This document shows, piece after piece, positions 1 through 9,410 of a stretch of DNA of 64,000 nucleotides. The stretch lies in assembly GCA_000092065.1 (NCBI GenBank), contig CP000586.1, one strand, 5' to 3'. The translations under genes were made by a program, and so were the position numbers. The notes below the pieces were generated by a model, which had not been told where the DNA came from, did no database searches, and saw nothing but the letters and a program-made list of their open reading frames with translations. Numbering within the stretch: the stretch's first letter is position 1; the number at the start of each line of letters is the position of its first letter. This stretch comes from Ostreococcus lucimarinus. Lineage: Eukaryota.

Positions 1-159
1 AGCCGCGCGAGCGCGGTGGACATGCGCGCGAGTGTGCGGTGCGGTCTTCGACATCAGATATTTTGGACGTCTTCGCAAATCGTTTGGTTCGTCGGTCGCT
101 CGAAAATCGTTGATACAAGACGCGCGCGGTAAAGCTAAATAGTCGAAGTAAGCGATCGA

Positions 160-1197
160 CTACGTGAGCATTCTCGGTTCTTCGGGTTCTTCGACGACGG
201 GCGCCGCCGGGGCCGCGACTCGGTCTTCGCCGTCGTCTTCGCCGTCGTCGCCTTCGTCGTCGCTGGCGGGGAGGAAAAACGCTTCAAAATTGATGGAGGA
301 ATTCCCACCCGGTGCGCACGAAACCCCGCCGCGCGATCGTCGAGCTTGTGGCAGCGTGTCATCAAAGATGTTCCCACCCTGAAGCTGCGCCACGCCCGCT
401 TGACGATGCGACGTGAGCGGGCGACGTTCGGGCAACGTTTGATCGAAGACGTTGTTTCCGCGCTGCTCGGCGAGTTTCGCCGCGCTGATCCGTTGCTTGG
501 GTAACTCTGGACACGCGAATATATCACTTCCATTCATCGCCGCGACAGCCGCATCACGCGCCTGGCTGCCCGGCGATTGCCCGTTTCCCGAACGGCCGTC
601 GCGCGCCTTCGGCGGCGACTCGCCGCCGAAAATAAACGAAGATCCCCCGCCCGGTTCACGAAGCACTCTCGAAGTCTTGCGACCCGTCAAAAAGTTGCCC
701 ACATTCTGCCCTCCGGAGCGTCCGTAATTATTATCCATCGTCGACACCCCACCCGCCGCTTTCACCGTCGTCGTGGCTTCGCATTCGCCTCGATCGATCG
801 CCTCGCACACCCGTTCAATCAACGTATCCCTCGACCCCGCCGGCGACAGTCCGTTCTGTCGGCACAGCGTTCTCAAATCCGCCAGCATCATCGCCTTCAC
901 GTCGTCCTTCGTCGCCTTTTTCGTCGTTCGTTCGCTTCGCGTCGTCGTCTCTTCGTCTTCGTCTTCGCCGCCGAAGATCGTCTTCGCCGCGCCCTTGAAT
1001 TCGCGCATCTTCGCCGCGCTCGCCTGCCGCCACGTCGCCGGCCGTTCGTTCGCGCTGACCAATCCCTCACCGTCCGCGCCGAACGAGATGCTCGAGCGTC
1101 CTCCCGGCGGCGCGTGCGTGCGCGTCGTCGGTCGATCCGTGAGGACGTTGCCACTGTTTTGGTTCGCGCCGCTCGCGAACGCGTTCGAGGACGTCAT
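160..1197 (-). CDS. SAP-domain protein with HN1/Jupiter-like G-rich repeats (about 345 aa); the likely start is M at 1197 (MTSSNAFASG...)
   Basis: ORF 160..1368 minus. Central SAP motif LADLRTLCRQNGLSPAGSRDTLIERV. Repeated motifs (TSRVLREPGGGSSFIFGG, GNVLTDRPTT...GGRSSISFG, GNNVFDQTLP, GGNIFDDTLP) resemble the HN1/JPT signature RVLRPPGGGSNFSLG. Acidic C-terminus. The upstream in-frame Arg-rich extension is probably a GC artefact. Confidence 0.5.
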   Translation of the reverse strand: MTSSNAFASGANQNSGNVLTDRPTTRTHAPPGGRSSISFGADGEGLVSANERPATWRQASAAKMREFKGAAKTIFGGEDEDEETTTRSERTTKKATKDDVKAMMLADLRTLCRQNGLSPAGSRDTLIERVCEAIDRGECEATTTVKAAGGVSTMDNNYGRSGGQNVGNFLTGRKTSRVLREPGGGSSFIFGGESPPKARDGRSGNGQSPGSQARDAAVAAMNGSDIFACPELPKQRISAAKLAEQRGNNVFDQTLPERRPLTSHRQAGVAQLQGGNIFDDTLPQARRSRGGVSCAPGGNSSINFEAFFLPASDDEGDDGEDDGEDRVAAPAAPVVEEPEEPRMLT

Positions 1198-1564
1198 CGC
1201 GCGCGCCGCGGCGCCGATCCGCGACGCGCGTCGGTCGCGTCGGTCGCGCGCGGGCGTCGGCGCCGCGCGCTCGGCGTCGCGGAGTGTCGCGCGCGCGCGA
1301 TCGCGCGCGATTGCCGACCAGACGGGTATATACACTAGGGTTTGGTACATAGCGGTACCAGACGACACAATACGGTAACGACTTCATTCCGCAACGCGCG
1401 CGCGCGTCGCGCGCGACGCGCGCGGTCGCCGCGCGCGCGGTCGCGCGACGCGGCGCGACGCGCGGTCGACCCTCGTCGACGCGCCTCGCGCTCGATCGCG
1501 CGCGAGCGTCGCGCGCGCGACGAGGAGGCGCGTTTTTCTCGCCGCCCGACGAGACCGCGCCGTC

Positions 1565-3757
1565 ATGACGAACGACGACGGCGACGGCGACGACGACGAC
1601 GACGCGCCCGAGGACGTCATCGAGGAGTACGACGGCGAGACGAACGACGCGGGACGCCCGCACGGGGAGGGATACGCGTGGTACGCCGACGGCACGGAAT
1701 ACGTGGGAGGATTCGTGGACGGCGCGCGGAGCGGCTACGGAAGGCTGTGGCTCGCGAGGGACGAAGACGAAGATTACGACGAAGACGACGATGTTCCGAA
1801 CGCGTTTTACCTCGGGGAATGGAAGGACGATCGACCGCACGGTAGGGGCATACAGGTGTCGCGCGACAAAACCTGGTTGCAGGGAAATTTTGAGAGCGGG
1901 GAGTTGCGAGGGGAGGCGTATTTGTCGACGCAGGTTTCCATTGGGGACCCTCGGTACATGGGCGAGTTCGGCGACGACGGCGCGTTCGGGGGCGTGGGGA
2001 CGATGTACAACCGGTGCGGCGGGCGACTGACGGCGAATTGGAAGGAAGGTGACATCGCCGCCGGGTTAGCGGTGTGGGAAGGTGACAGCGCGCGCAGGCG
2101 CGAGTCGACGGCGGTGGTGGCGTGGACGCGAGAGAGTTTCGGAGACGCCGAACGAACGGGAAAGTGGACAGATTTGGTCGCGCGAGGCGCGGTGGTGGTG
2201 CGTTTTGTAAATGTGGATACGTCTTATGAAGCGGGTTGCCGTCATAGACCCGAGGTGCGCGAATTTCTACGCGCTTTGAATGCCGTCGACGCTCGTCCTG
2301 GTTCGAGCGTACGAGCGGCCATCGAAGCCAGCGCGGTGGCGAGGAAGGCCGTCGAATTCGACTACGAAGCAGACGTTGCGACGACAGACTTATTGGCGAG
2401 CCTTACGTTGGCGCGCTATGTCGAGAGCTTGCGTGTGCGTGTGAGCCGAACGGCCCCGCTCGAAGTGCGTGCGACAGAAGACATGCATCGGCACGCCGTC
2501 GTCGCTTTTTATTCTGGCACCGTCGGTGAAGTCCGCGGCGTTTCTGCGAGCGACGCAGAGCGTCTCGCGAGCGATGCCATCATGCTTCGCGAGGAGGACG
2601 ATGAGGACACTCAAGAGATCGTGGCCGAGTACGATAAAGATCGGAGTAGTATCGCATACGCGCAGTCTCACGGCGTGCGCGTGATCCATCTCGACGTCGG
2701 CGCGGACGCGCTCTGCGCGAATTTTGTTCGCGTGGAGACGAAACACGAAACGAATTGCGAGCGCATGTTCTTCGAAAACCATCCCATCTTTGGCGATGCG
2801 GTGTTTCTTAGAACTAAAAGGTGTATAGCGAAGGACGAGGAGTTGACGGTCGCGCCAGACTACTTTTTCGGTTGGTGCTTAGACCCGTTGAGTGAGGCGG
2901 GCTATTACGAAAGCATGCGTTGTCATCCACCAGAGGTGATATTTGAGAGAGACAACGACGTCCTCGAACTCGGTCGCGTGACGGTGAAGCGACACGGCCG
3001 ATGGCGAGCGCTATACCTTGGGAATGTTGAGCAAGGATTGTCGTACGCGCCCACCGACGATGCGCCGCCGTCGCACGAAGTTCTCGGGTTTCAATACATC
3101 CGAGCGATGGCGATCGCCACCGTTGACCGCATCCGCGCCGAGAGACACGCCACGAAGTCGACGTCGATCGTCGCCGTCGGTCTCGGCACTGGTGCGCTAC
3201 CACTGTATCTGGCGAACGCACCCGACTTGAACGTCGACGTGGTCACCGTCGAATGCAGCCAAGCGGTCATCGACGCGTGCGCGGCTATCCACGTGCCTAT
3301 GCGCATAATCGATCGCGAAGGAAAATCCTCCGGAATCCCCGCCGCGAAGAAACGACGACGTTCGCGTTCGGAGCCGTCGCCGATTCGCGTCCACCGCGCA
3401 GACGCCTTGGACTATTTCCAGCGATGCATCGCAAAAAATATCACAGACAATCGTGTGGCGTCCGTGGACGTCGTCTTGTTGGACGCGTACGACGGCGACG
3501 GCAAAATCCCCGAGCGCGTTCGAGACGACTTCTTCATTCGATCCGTCGCGAGCTCGTTATCGCCCGTCGGCTTTTGCGTGTGCAACTGTTGGGACGGCCC
3601 CATAGGTTCGGAGGCCTACCACGAACTCCACATGTTCTCCAATCTTTTGGATCGTCACTTTTCGCTCATCGAGCGCGTGAGCGTGGTGGGTCAAGAGTAC
3701 AACGTCATTTTAATAGCGTCGCGCGCTCGGGCTCCCGGTGAGCGTTTGCGTTTGTGA
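1565..3757 (+). CDS. Multidomain protein: N-terminal MORN repeats, central SET-like region, C-terminal spermidine-synthase-fold (METTL13-like) SAM methyltransferase domain
   Basis: ATG at 1565 (gtcATGacgaac). MORN-like units HGEGYAWYADGTEYVGGFVDGARSGYG, YLGEWKDDRPHGRGIQV and YMGEFGDDGAFGGVGTMY. SET-like C-terminus FFENHPIFGDAVFLRTKRCIAKDEELTVAPDYFFGW. Methyltransferase motifs IVAVGLGTGALPLYLANAPDLNVDVVTVECSQAVIDACAA and VDVVLLDAYDGDGKIPE match the METTL13 C-terminal domain. Confidence 0.6.
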   Translation: MTNDDGDGDDDDDAPEDVIEEYDGETNDAGRPHGEGYAWYADGTEYVGGFVDGARSGYGRLWLARDEDEDYDEDDDVPNAFYLGEWKDDRPHGRGIQVSRDKTWLQGNFESGELRGEAYLSTQVSIGDPRYMGEFGDDGAFGGVGTMYNRCGGRLTANWKEGDIAAGLAVWEGDSARRRESTAVVAWTRESFGDAERTGKWTDLVARGAVVVRFVNVDTSYEAGCRHRPEVREFLRALNAVDARPGSSVRAAIEASAVARKAVEFDYEADVATTDLLASLTLARYVESLRVRVSRTAPLEVRATEDMHRHAVVAFYSGTVGEVRGVSASDAERLASDAIMLREEDDEDTQEIVAEYDKDRSSIAYAQSHGVRVIHLDVGADALCANFVRVETKHETNCERMFFENHPIFGDAVFLRTKRCIAKDEELTVAPDYFFGWCLDPLSEAGYYESMRCHPPEVIFERDNDVLELGRVTVKRHGRWRALYLGNVEQGLSYAPTDDAPPSHEVLGFQYIRAMAIATVDRIRAERHATKSTSIVAVGLGTGALPLYLANAPDLNVDVVTVECSQAVIDACAAIHVPMRIIDREGKSSGIPAAKKRRRSRSEPSPIRVHRADALDYFQRCIAKNITDNRVASVDVVLLDAYDGDGKIPERVRDDFFIRSVASSLSPVGFCVCNCWDGPIGSEAYHELHMFSNLLDRHFSLIERVSVVGQEYNVILIASRARAPGERLRL

Positions 3758-3889
3758 CGAGCGCCATCCACCCAGCCGACTTCATTCATTCGCGCGTCCG
3801 CCCGCGCGTCGTCGTCGACGATACGCGTTCTCGCGCGCGCCCTCGCGCGCCCCGCGCTCGCGCGCGCGCCTCGCGCGCGTCGTCGCGCC

Positions 3890-4561
3890 ATGGACGCCTT
3901 CGTCACGCGTCGCGTCGTCGCCAAGGCGTCGACGACGAACGACGACGACGACGCGCGCAAGCGGCGCAGAGTCGCGCCGACGAACGACGGGTGGCGCACG
4001 TTCGATGACTCCCTGCTCGCGCGCCTGGACGCGGCGTGCGAACCGCGGGCGAAGATCGCGGCGTTCGATCTGGACGACACGCTGCAAAAGACGAAGAGCG
4101 GCGCGAAGGCGTTCGCGGCGCGCGCGGATGACTTTACGACGCTGAACGAACACGTCCCGCGCGTGCTCCGGGCGTTGCACGACGATGGGTATAAAATTTG
4201 TATATTTAGTAATCAAGGGGGGGTGAAAGGGGCGTTGGATGGGAAAAGGGCGACGAGCGTGCGGGCGCGGTTGGCGCTGCTGGCGACGACGCTGGAGACG
4301 CCGTTTCAGTTTTACGGCGCGACGCAGATGCGGGAGAACGACGTGAAAAAGTACCGTAAGGGTGAGATTGGGATGTGGCGAAAGATGGTGGCCGAGCATA
4401 ACGGTGGCGTCGCGCCGGATTTGAAGGCGAGCTTCTTCGTCGGCGACGCCGCGGGACGCGCGCAGGATCACAGCGCCGTGGACAAGGAGTTTGCGGAAAA
4501 CGTAGGGGTGCGTTTTTTCGTTCCGGAACAGATGTTCGTCGAGGGTGAGGCGTGGAAATGA
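3890..4561 (+). CDS. Polynucleotide 3'-phosphatase (PNKP/ZDP-type HAD phosphatase domain, no kinase domain)
   Basis: HAD motif I AAFDLDDTLQ, FSNQGG and FFVGDAAGR, which matches the PNKP phosphatase signature FYVGDAAGR. 223 aa, tandem to the upstream gene. Confidence 0.7.
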   Translation: MDAFVTRRVVAKASTTNDDDDARKRRRVAPTNDGWRTFDDSLLARLDAACEPRAKIAAFDLDDTLQKTKSGAKAFAARADDFTTLNEHVPRVLRALHDDGYKICIFSNQGGVKGALDGKRATSVRARLALLATTLETPFQFYGATQMRENDVKKYRKGEIGMWRKMVAEHNGGVAPDLKASFFVGDAAGRAQDHSAVDKEFAENVGVRFFVPEQMFVEGEAWK

Positions 4562-4661
4562 AGCGATTAGTACGATGATGATGCGATGCATCGCGCGCGC
4601 GCGCGTGCAGGCGCTGCTCAAGGAAGGAAAATTGATTTGTTATTGACGAAGCGCGAAACGT

Positions 4662-5237
4662 TTACTCGCCGTCGCCGCCGTCGCCGTCGCCGCGACCGCG
4701 TCCTCTACCTCCGCGACCTCCGCGACCGCGACCGCGACCCCGACCGCGACCACCATACGGCGAGTACGGCATCATCATCATCATCATCGGCCCGCGTCCA
4801 CCGAATCTACCGCGTCCTCGCCCACCGCGTCCGCCGCGACCTCCGGCTTTCATACCGGGCACGTTGGTCCGCTTCGCCGAAACCTTGATCTTTCGCCCAC
4901 GAATTTCAGTGCCGTCCAGCAAGATGGCGTTATGCACCGCGTCGGGTTCGAGAAACTCCACGTACGCGAAACCCTTGGGGTTATCAAACTTGTCGTGTAA
5001 GATTGTGACGCGATTCACCGTCCCCGCGCTCGCGAACGCGTTCGCCAAATCCTCCGGCGTCGACGCGTAATCAACCTGTCCGACGTACACCGACCGCGCA
5101 TCCGCCTCTTGCTTTTTCGCCGCCTCCTCTTCGGGATTCTTCCCAGCCTCTTCCGCCGCCATGGCGTCGTCAACCTTTTCGTGTTCGCCCTTCAGCTTCT
5201 CCGCCTCGTCCTCCATCTCTTTGAGTCTTCGCTGCAT
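4662..5237 (-). CDS. PABPN1: Nuclear poly(A)-binding protein PABPN1/PABP2 (coiled coil + RRM + RGG tail)
   Basis: RRM RSVYVGQVDYASTPEDLANAFASAGTVNRVTILHDKFDNPKGFAYVEFLEPDAVHNAI is very close to PABPN1. Followed by GRGGRGRGR repeats, a MMMMMM tract and further RGRGRG repeats. Confidence 0.8.
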   Translation of the reverse strand: MQRRLKEMEDEAEKLKGEHEKVDDAMAAEEAGKNPEEEAAKKQEADARSVYVGQVDYASTPEDLANAFASAGTVNRVTILHDKFDNPKGFAYVEFLEPDAVHNAILLDGTEIRGRKIKVSAKRTNVPGMKAGGRGGRGGRGRGRFGGRGPMMMMMMPYSPYGGRGRGRGRGRGGRGGRGRGRGDGDGGDGE

Positions 5238-5686
5238 GGCGGCGATTTCGGGGTCTTCATCGCCCCCGGCGCCCTGTTCGCGACGTTAAGCGATGGCGCG
5301 CGTCGGCGTCAGTCGGTCGTTCGTTTTGCGCCGCGCGGAGCGCGTCGCACGCCGCGCGCGCGCGTGATTTCGACGCGGAATCGAGATCGAGCGAATGGTC
5401 GAATGCGAATCGCGATTCTCTCGCGCGCGTCCCGCGAGCGCGTCGCCGCGCCGTCGCGCACCTCGACGTCCATCTCATCGGCTTGTTTCTTCGACACGCG
5501 CGGCATGTTGACTCGTCAAACCGAGGCGCGGCGTCTCAAAGTGTGGTGGGTACGAATCAATCGAATTGCATCGTCGGCGCGTTAGAGCGTTTGCGCTCGC
5601 GAAGGAAGGCGAGAAAACTGATGAAACGTACCCATTACGTTGGAACTTACGGTAAACGATATTACAAAAATGCGATTGATACTGCG

Positions 5687-8600
5687 CTACACGAGACGCC
5701 GGAACGCGAATTTCAGACTGGTGGCGCACGTCGAGGACGTCTTCGTCAACCGGATTTGGAAAAACATGTCCATGTTGGCTGTTCTCCCCGTTCGAATTGT
5801 TCGTAGCTCGAAAAAGTTGCCGCTGCTCGCGTGACCAGCTTGATGGAGACGAACAACGTTTGCGCTATTGTCGTTTGTTTGTCCGTCGTACCAGGAGATG
5901 ATGCCGGTCGCAAGTTCGGACCAGAGCCCGCCGCCGCACGAGTCGTTTGTGGTCGTGGGCAGAATTTGTACAACAAAGCTCCCGCCAGAATCGTCCGCCA
6001 TGTCCAAAGCGTGATTGAAACCCCAGATATTTTGCCAGGACGTGGTAAGTGTGAGATCTACCTCGAGCAGTTTCACTCTGTCGACGGCTGTTCCGATAAT
6101 GTTTGCCGGAATATGCATGCTCGACGACGCCTGCGCGGGAAACACGCGACGGAACCAGATGTGAAACGTCTGCCGTGAGTCAAGATCTTCGTTCGTGAGG
6201 AGCTGCAATCTGAGGTTCGTGCCAGCTGTGCGCCACGATCGCTTCGTTCGAAGCTTTATATACTTGTTATTTTGGCCGTGGCCCGATGCATGTAGTTGGA
6301 TCTCGTTGGCGTCATCCGAGTTCGTTCCAGAACCGTACCAAGACATCAAACCGACGTAAGACACGTGCCACAAATTTCCGCCGTTCCCGTGAGTGGATAC
6401 GTGCGCGATCTGAACGAAATAAGAGCCCGTGGACAGATGATCACCGTGTATACCCGTGTCCACCCACTCGTTGGGGACGGTTGATACGCTGACCGGAAAA
6501 TGCGACAAATCGTCCATTTCGTTCTTCGGAGGAATGCCGCCGCTTGGATGTGTCCTCTGAGGATTGGGCATAACGCGGCGGAACTTAAAAATGTACTGAG
6601 CGATATTTTTTGTCGTCCCTCCATCCACCTTCGCTTGTAATCGCAAAAGACCTTGGTCTGATCTCAAACTTTCGAGCGTTCGAAGACGGACTCGTTGACC
6701 ATTTGACGCGTGTCCGGATGCGTGAAGCTCTATTTCACTCACTTGATTGCCGTTCGTATTTTGAGCGTACCAACTCATCAAACCCGTATAAAATTCGATC
6801 CAGTTGCCACCGCCATTCGAGTGTGTGTTGACGTTGTAAATCTCTACGACATATGAACCATGTACGAGGTCGATACCGATCACGCCGGTATCGACCCAAT
6901 CATTCTTCAAGTGGAACGTCGCCGTACGAGAGAAGATGTCGCCAACGGGATCTTTCCGGTCGCTGTTGAGTCCAGAAAATGATAACTTAAACTCTTGCAC
7001 CAAGCTCTGAGAGGCCGATGGAACAGAAATCGGCTCCGGCGTTGTGAACTGGCACGCTGGACTGCACGACGGCTTGGTTGTACTTTGAGGCGCTGAGCAG
7101 GCGTGGAAGAGCTCTTTCTCGAGAAAGTACCCGTCGCTGCTATATGCCTCGCCGATAAGTGGTTCAAAGTCGAAGAGAGTTATCACTGGATCCATCCCTA
7201 GGGGCGGCTCATTTTCAGTCGGAAGCGGTTTGAGAACGACCGTGGCTCCGACGACCGTCTTCGGGATCTGCACGTACGCGCCTGCGCCCAGTGCGCTGCG
7301 TTGACACTGATTCTTCGTGTTTGACGCGTAATCCCAGTTTGTCCACATCGCGGTAAGCGATTCGGGCCCTGCGTGACAAGTTGCGCCTGATTGTTCGATC
7401 TGGAAAAACGCGTCGAAACCAGTGTAGACGTCTTGTTGCGCTGCAATTTCAGGCCCCGCGCAAACGACACCAGCGCAAAGTGCCACCCACGCATGGTCAA
7501 GTGACGCCACAGCGCCGACTTGCAAGCCAGCAATACCTCGCGCATCAAGAGAGCTGGTTGACGACACCCGAGGCTCGCCGAATCTGACAAAATTCTGCCC
7601 TTGTCCGGCCCCGAACGAAACCGTGATTGGAAATTCAACGTCCACTTGGAAATCGTAAGTTCCTGCGACTTCGGCTCGAAAGTAGTAGGGAAGACGAAAG
7701 TCTGCTTCGTAGTCCATGGCGATGAACAAACCAGGAGCGATTGCAGTAACTTTAGTTCCAGTGAGAGCGTCGTCACGCTCGAAAAACTCGCTAAGTAGTT
7801 CTCCTTCACGAAACGAAAGCTGGGCTACCTCGATGCCGAGGGAGAAACTGTACTTGAGCGTGGTCGAAGCTTGGATTCTCACATCCTTCATGTCGTTTAA
7901 CGCCGCGATGAGATCGGTGCGGAAATCGTTGAAAACTTCTTCAAACGTATCGCCACCCAGCGCAGCCTCGCCGCGCGCTCGCGCGGATGCCACACCCAGT
8001 TGGCTCGTCATCTTTGATTTGAATCCGTCGCCAGAGTTGAAAATATCGTGCAGAACGATGAGCTCTTCATAGAAGACGCGTTCCTTCGAAGATAAATCTT
8101 GCTTGAGCTCGGTCAAAAGGGCGTGCTGATCGTCGCTGAGAAGTTTTCTTCCAGTAATTTGCTCACCAAAATTTTCAATCTGCTGAACGACTCCCTTGAC
8201 ACCGGAGGCTTCGTATACGGCGTCGAACATAGCATCAAACATTCCCAAGAACGCTTGAATCACCTTCACAGCGACGCTAGGCGGGATGTCAAACTTGTCG
8301 AGCGTTTGACACAGCGCAATCGTGAATTTGGGGGTACGGATATTCAAATTGTTCGGCGAGTACGGATTATCGGACGCGAACTTGTCCGGCCACGGCATGG
8401 GAGGGGATGGACTTTCAACGTCCGACCAAAGTTGTGTCGGAATCTCGTGACAAAATCCAAACACACGTCCGAGCGCGGCGGTGTCAGAATGTATTTCCTC
8501 AACTCTCGAGTTTTCGATGAGCTCCTCGCCGGCAAACGCTCTGCGTAAGTTTTCTCGAAGATGCGCGAGGAACGCGGCCCGGTCAGCGCCGTCTTTTCCC

Positions 8601-9361
8601 CGCGCAGAGCCGAGAGTGGCGGCTGAAGATCCACCCATGACGTCGTCGAGAGCCCCTTGAATCATGCTCAAGAGTGAGTCTGCGCTCAGGTTCAACCAAG
8701 GATCCCACACCATCCCGAGCAGCCCCTTCAGTTTGTCCGGCAAGCCTCGGGCGATGTCCGGCAGCGCGAGCACCGCGTCGACGACGTCATCGAGCGCGTC
8801 GCAAACCTTGGAGTTCGAACCGATCAACTCGCACGCCGCCGTCTTCACCGTTTCGATCGACGCCGTCGGGCTCGACAGCGCGTCGACGACCCCCTTCACG
8901 CCGCAGTACGAATATCCATCGATCGCCGGCAGGTTGATGGGCACGTCAATATTCGCGTTCGGCATATCCACGTTCACCGAGTTTCCTCCGACACTCACGC
9001 ACTTCTTCATCACGCACTTCTTCACCTTCGGCAGTTGCACTCTAACCTGCGAGCCGTACACGTCGTGCAGCGACGTCTTGAACATCACCTCCGACTCCGG
9101 GCACGAGATCGCCGGCAGGTTGAACGCGCCCAGCGTCGCCGCGTCCGCGCGCGCGCGCGTCGCCGGCGCCGTCGCGAGGAACAGCGGCGAGAGGTCACCG
9201 CGTCCGCCGCGCGCGAGGCATCCGACGAGGCATCCCGCGGCGAAGGCGAGCGCGACGCCGCGCGTGACGCGTCGACCGGCGCCGCGCGCGAGGAGGGCGT
9301 CGGACGCGTCGTCGATTTCCGCGTCGTCGCCGACGGGCGCGGCGCCGTACGACGCGCGCAT
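5687..9361 (-). CDS. Large (1224 aa) signal-anchored or secreted protein of unknown function with three tandem C-terminal beta-rich repeats of about 120-150 aa
   Basis: Single uninterrupted ORF. N-terminal hydrophobic anchor GVALAFAAGCLVGCLA after a 34-aa Arg-containing leader. Many Cys. The last ~412 aa are three copies of the module W.DTG..G..L..GSY.VQI....THxNGG.LW......GLMSWY.....N.....I.LHASGH......L.RT..........L.L.......F.I.FRRV. No confident match to a named family. Confidence 0.6.
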   Translation of the reverse strand: MRASYGAAPVGDDAEIDDASDALLARGAGRRVTRGVALAFAAGCLVGCLARGGRGDLSPLFLATAPATRARADAATLGAFNLPAISCPESEVMFKTSLHDVYGSQVRVQLPKVKKCVMKKCVSVGGNSVNVDMPNANIDVPINLPAIDGYSYCGVKGVVDALSSPTASIETVKTAACELIGSNSKVCDALDDVVDAVLALPDIARGLPDKLKGLLGMVWDPWLNLSADSLLSMIQGALDDVMGGSSAATLGSARGKDGADRAAFLAHLRENLRRAFAGEELIENSRVEEIHSDTAALGRVFGFCHEIPTQLWSDVESPSPPMPWPDKFASDNPYSPNNLNIRTPKFTIALCQTLDKFDIPPSVAVKVIQAFLGMFDAMFDAVYEASGVKGVVQQIENFGEQITGRKLLSDDQHALLTELKQDLSSKERVFYEELIVLHDIFNSGDGFKSKMTSQLGVASARARGEAALGGDTFEEVFNDFRTDLIAALNDMKDVRIQASTTLKYSFSLGIEVAQLSFREGELLSEFFERDDALTGTKVTAIAPGLFIAMDYEADFRLPYYFRAEVAGTYDFQVDVEFPITVSFGAGQGQNFVRFGEPRVSSTSSLDARGIAGLQVGAVASLDHAWVALCAGVVCAGPEIAAQQDVYTGFDAFFQIEQSGATCHAGPESLTAMWTNWDYASNTKNQCQRSALGAGAYVQIPKTVVGATVVLKPLPTENEPPLGMDPVITLFDFEPLIGEAYSSDGYFLEKELFHACSAPQSTTKPSCSPACQFTTPEPISVPSASQSLVQEFKLSFSGLNSDRKDPVGDIFSRTATFHLKNDWVDTGVIGIDLVHGSYVVEIYNVNTHSNGGGNWIEFYTGLMSWYAQNTNGNQVSEIELHASGHASNGQRVRLRTLESLRSDQGLLRLQAKVDGGTTKNIAQYIFKFRRVMPNPQRTHPSGGIPPKNEMDDLSHFPVSVSTVPNEWVDTGIHGDHLSTGSYFVQIAHVSTHGNGGNLWHVSYVGLMSWYGSGTNSDDANEIQLHASGHGQNNKYIKLRTKRSWRTAGTNLRLQLLTNEDLDSRQTFHIWFRRVFPAQASSSMHIPANIIGTAVDRVKLLEVDLTLTTSWQNIWGFNHALDMADDSGGSFVVQILPTTTNDSCGGGLWSELATGIISWYDGQTNDNSANVVRLHQAGHASSGNFFELRTIRTGRTANMDMFFQIRLTKTSSTCATSLKFAFRRLV

Positions 9362-9410
9362 GGACGCGCGCGATTATGCCACGCACGCGCGCCACGCATG
9401 CGCGCCACTC

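Noticed and set aside
8664-9410. N-terminal 249 codons of ORF 8664..10280 (plus)
   Set aside because: This part overlaps the well-supported minus-strand giant gene and translates to Ser/Thr/Pro-rich nonsense. Only the 9411..10280 portion matches glyoxalase II.
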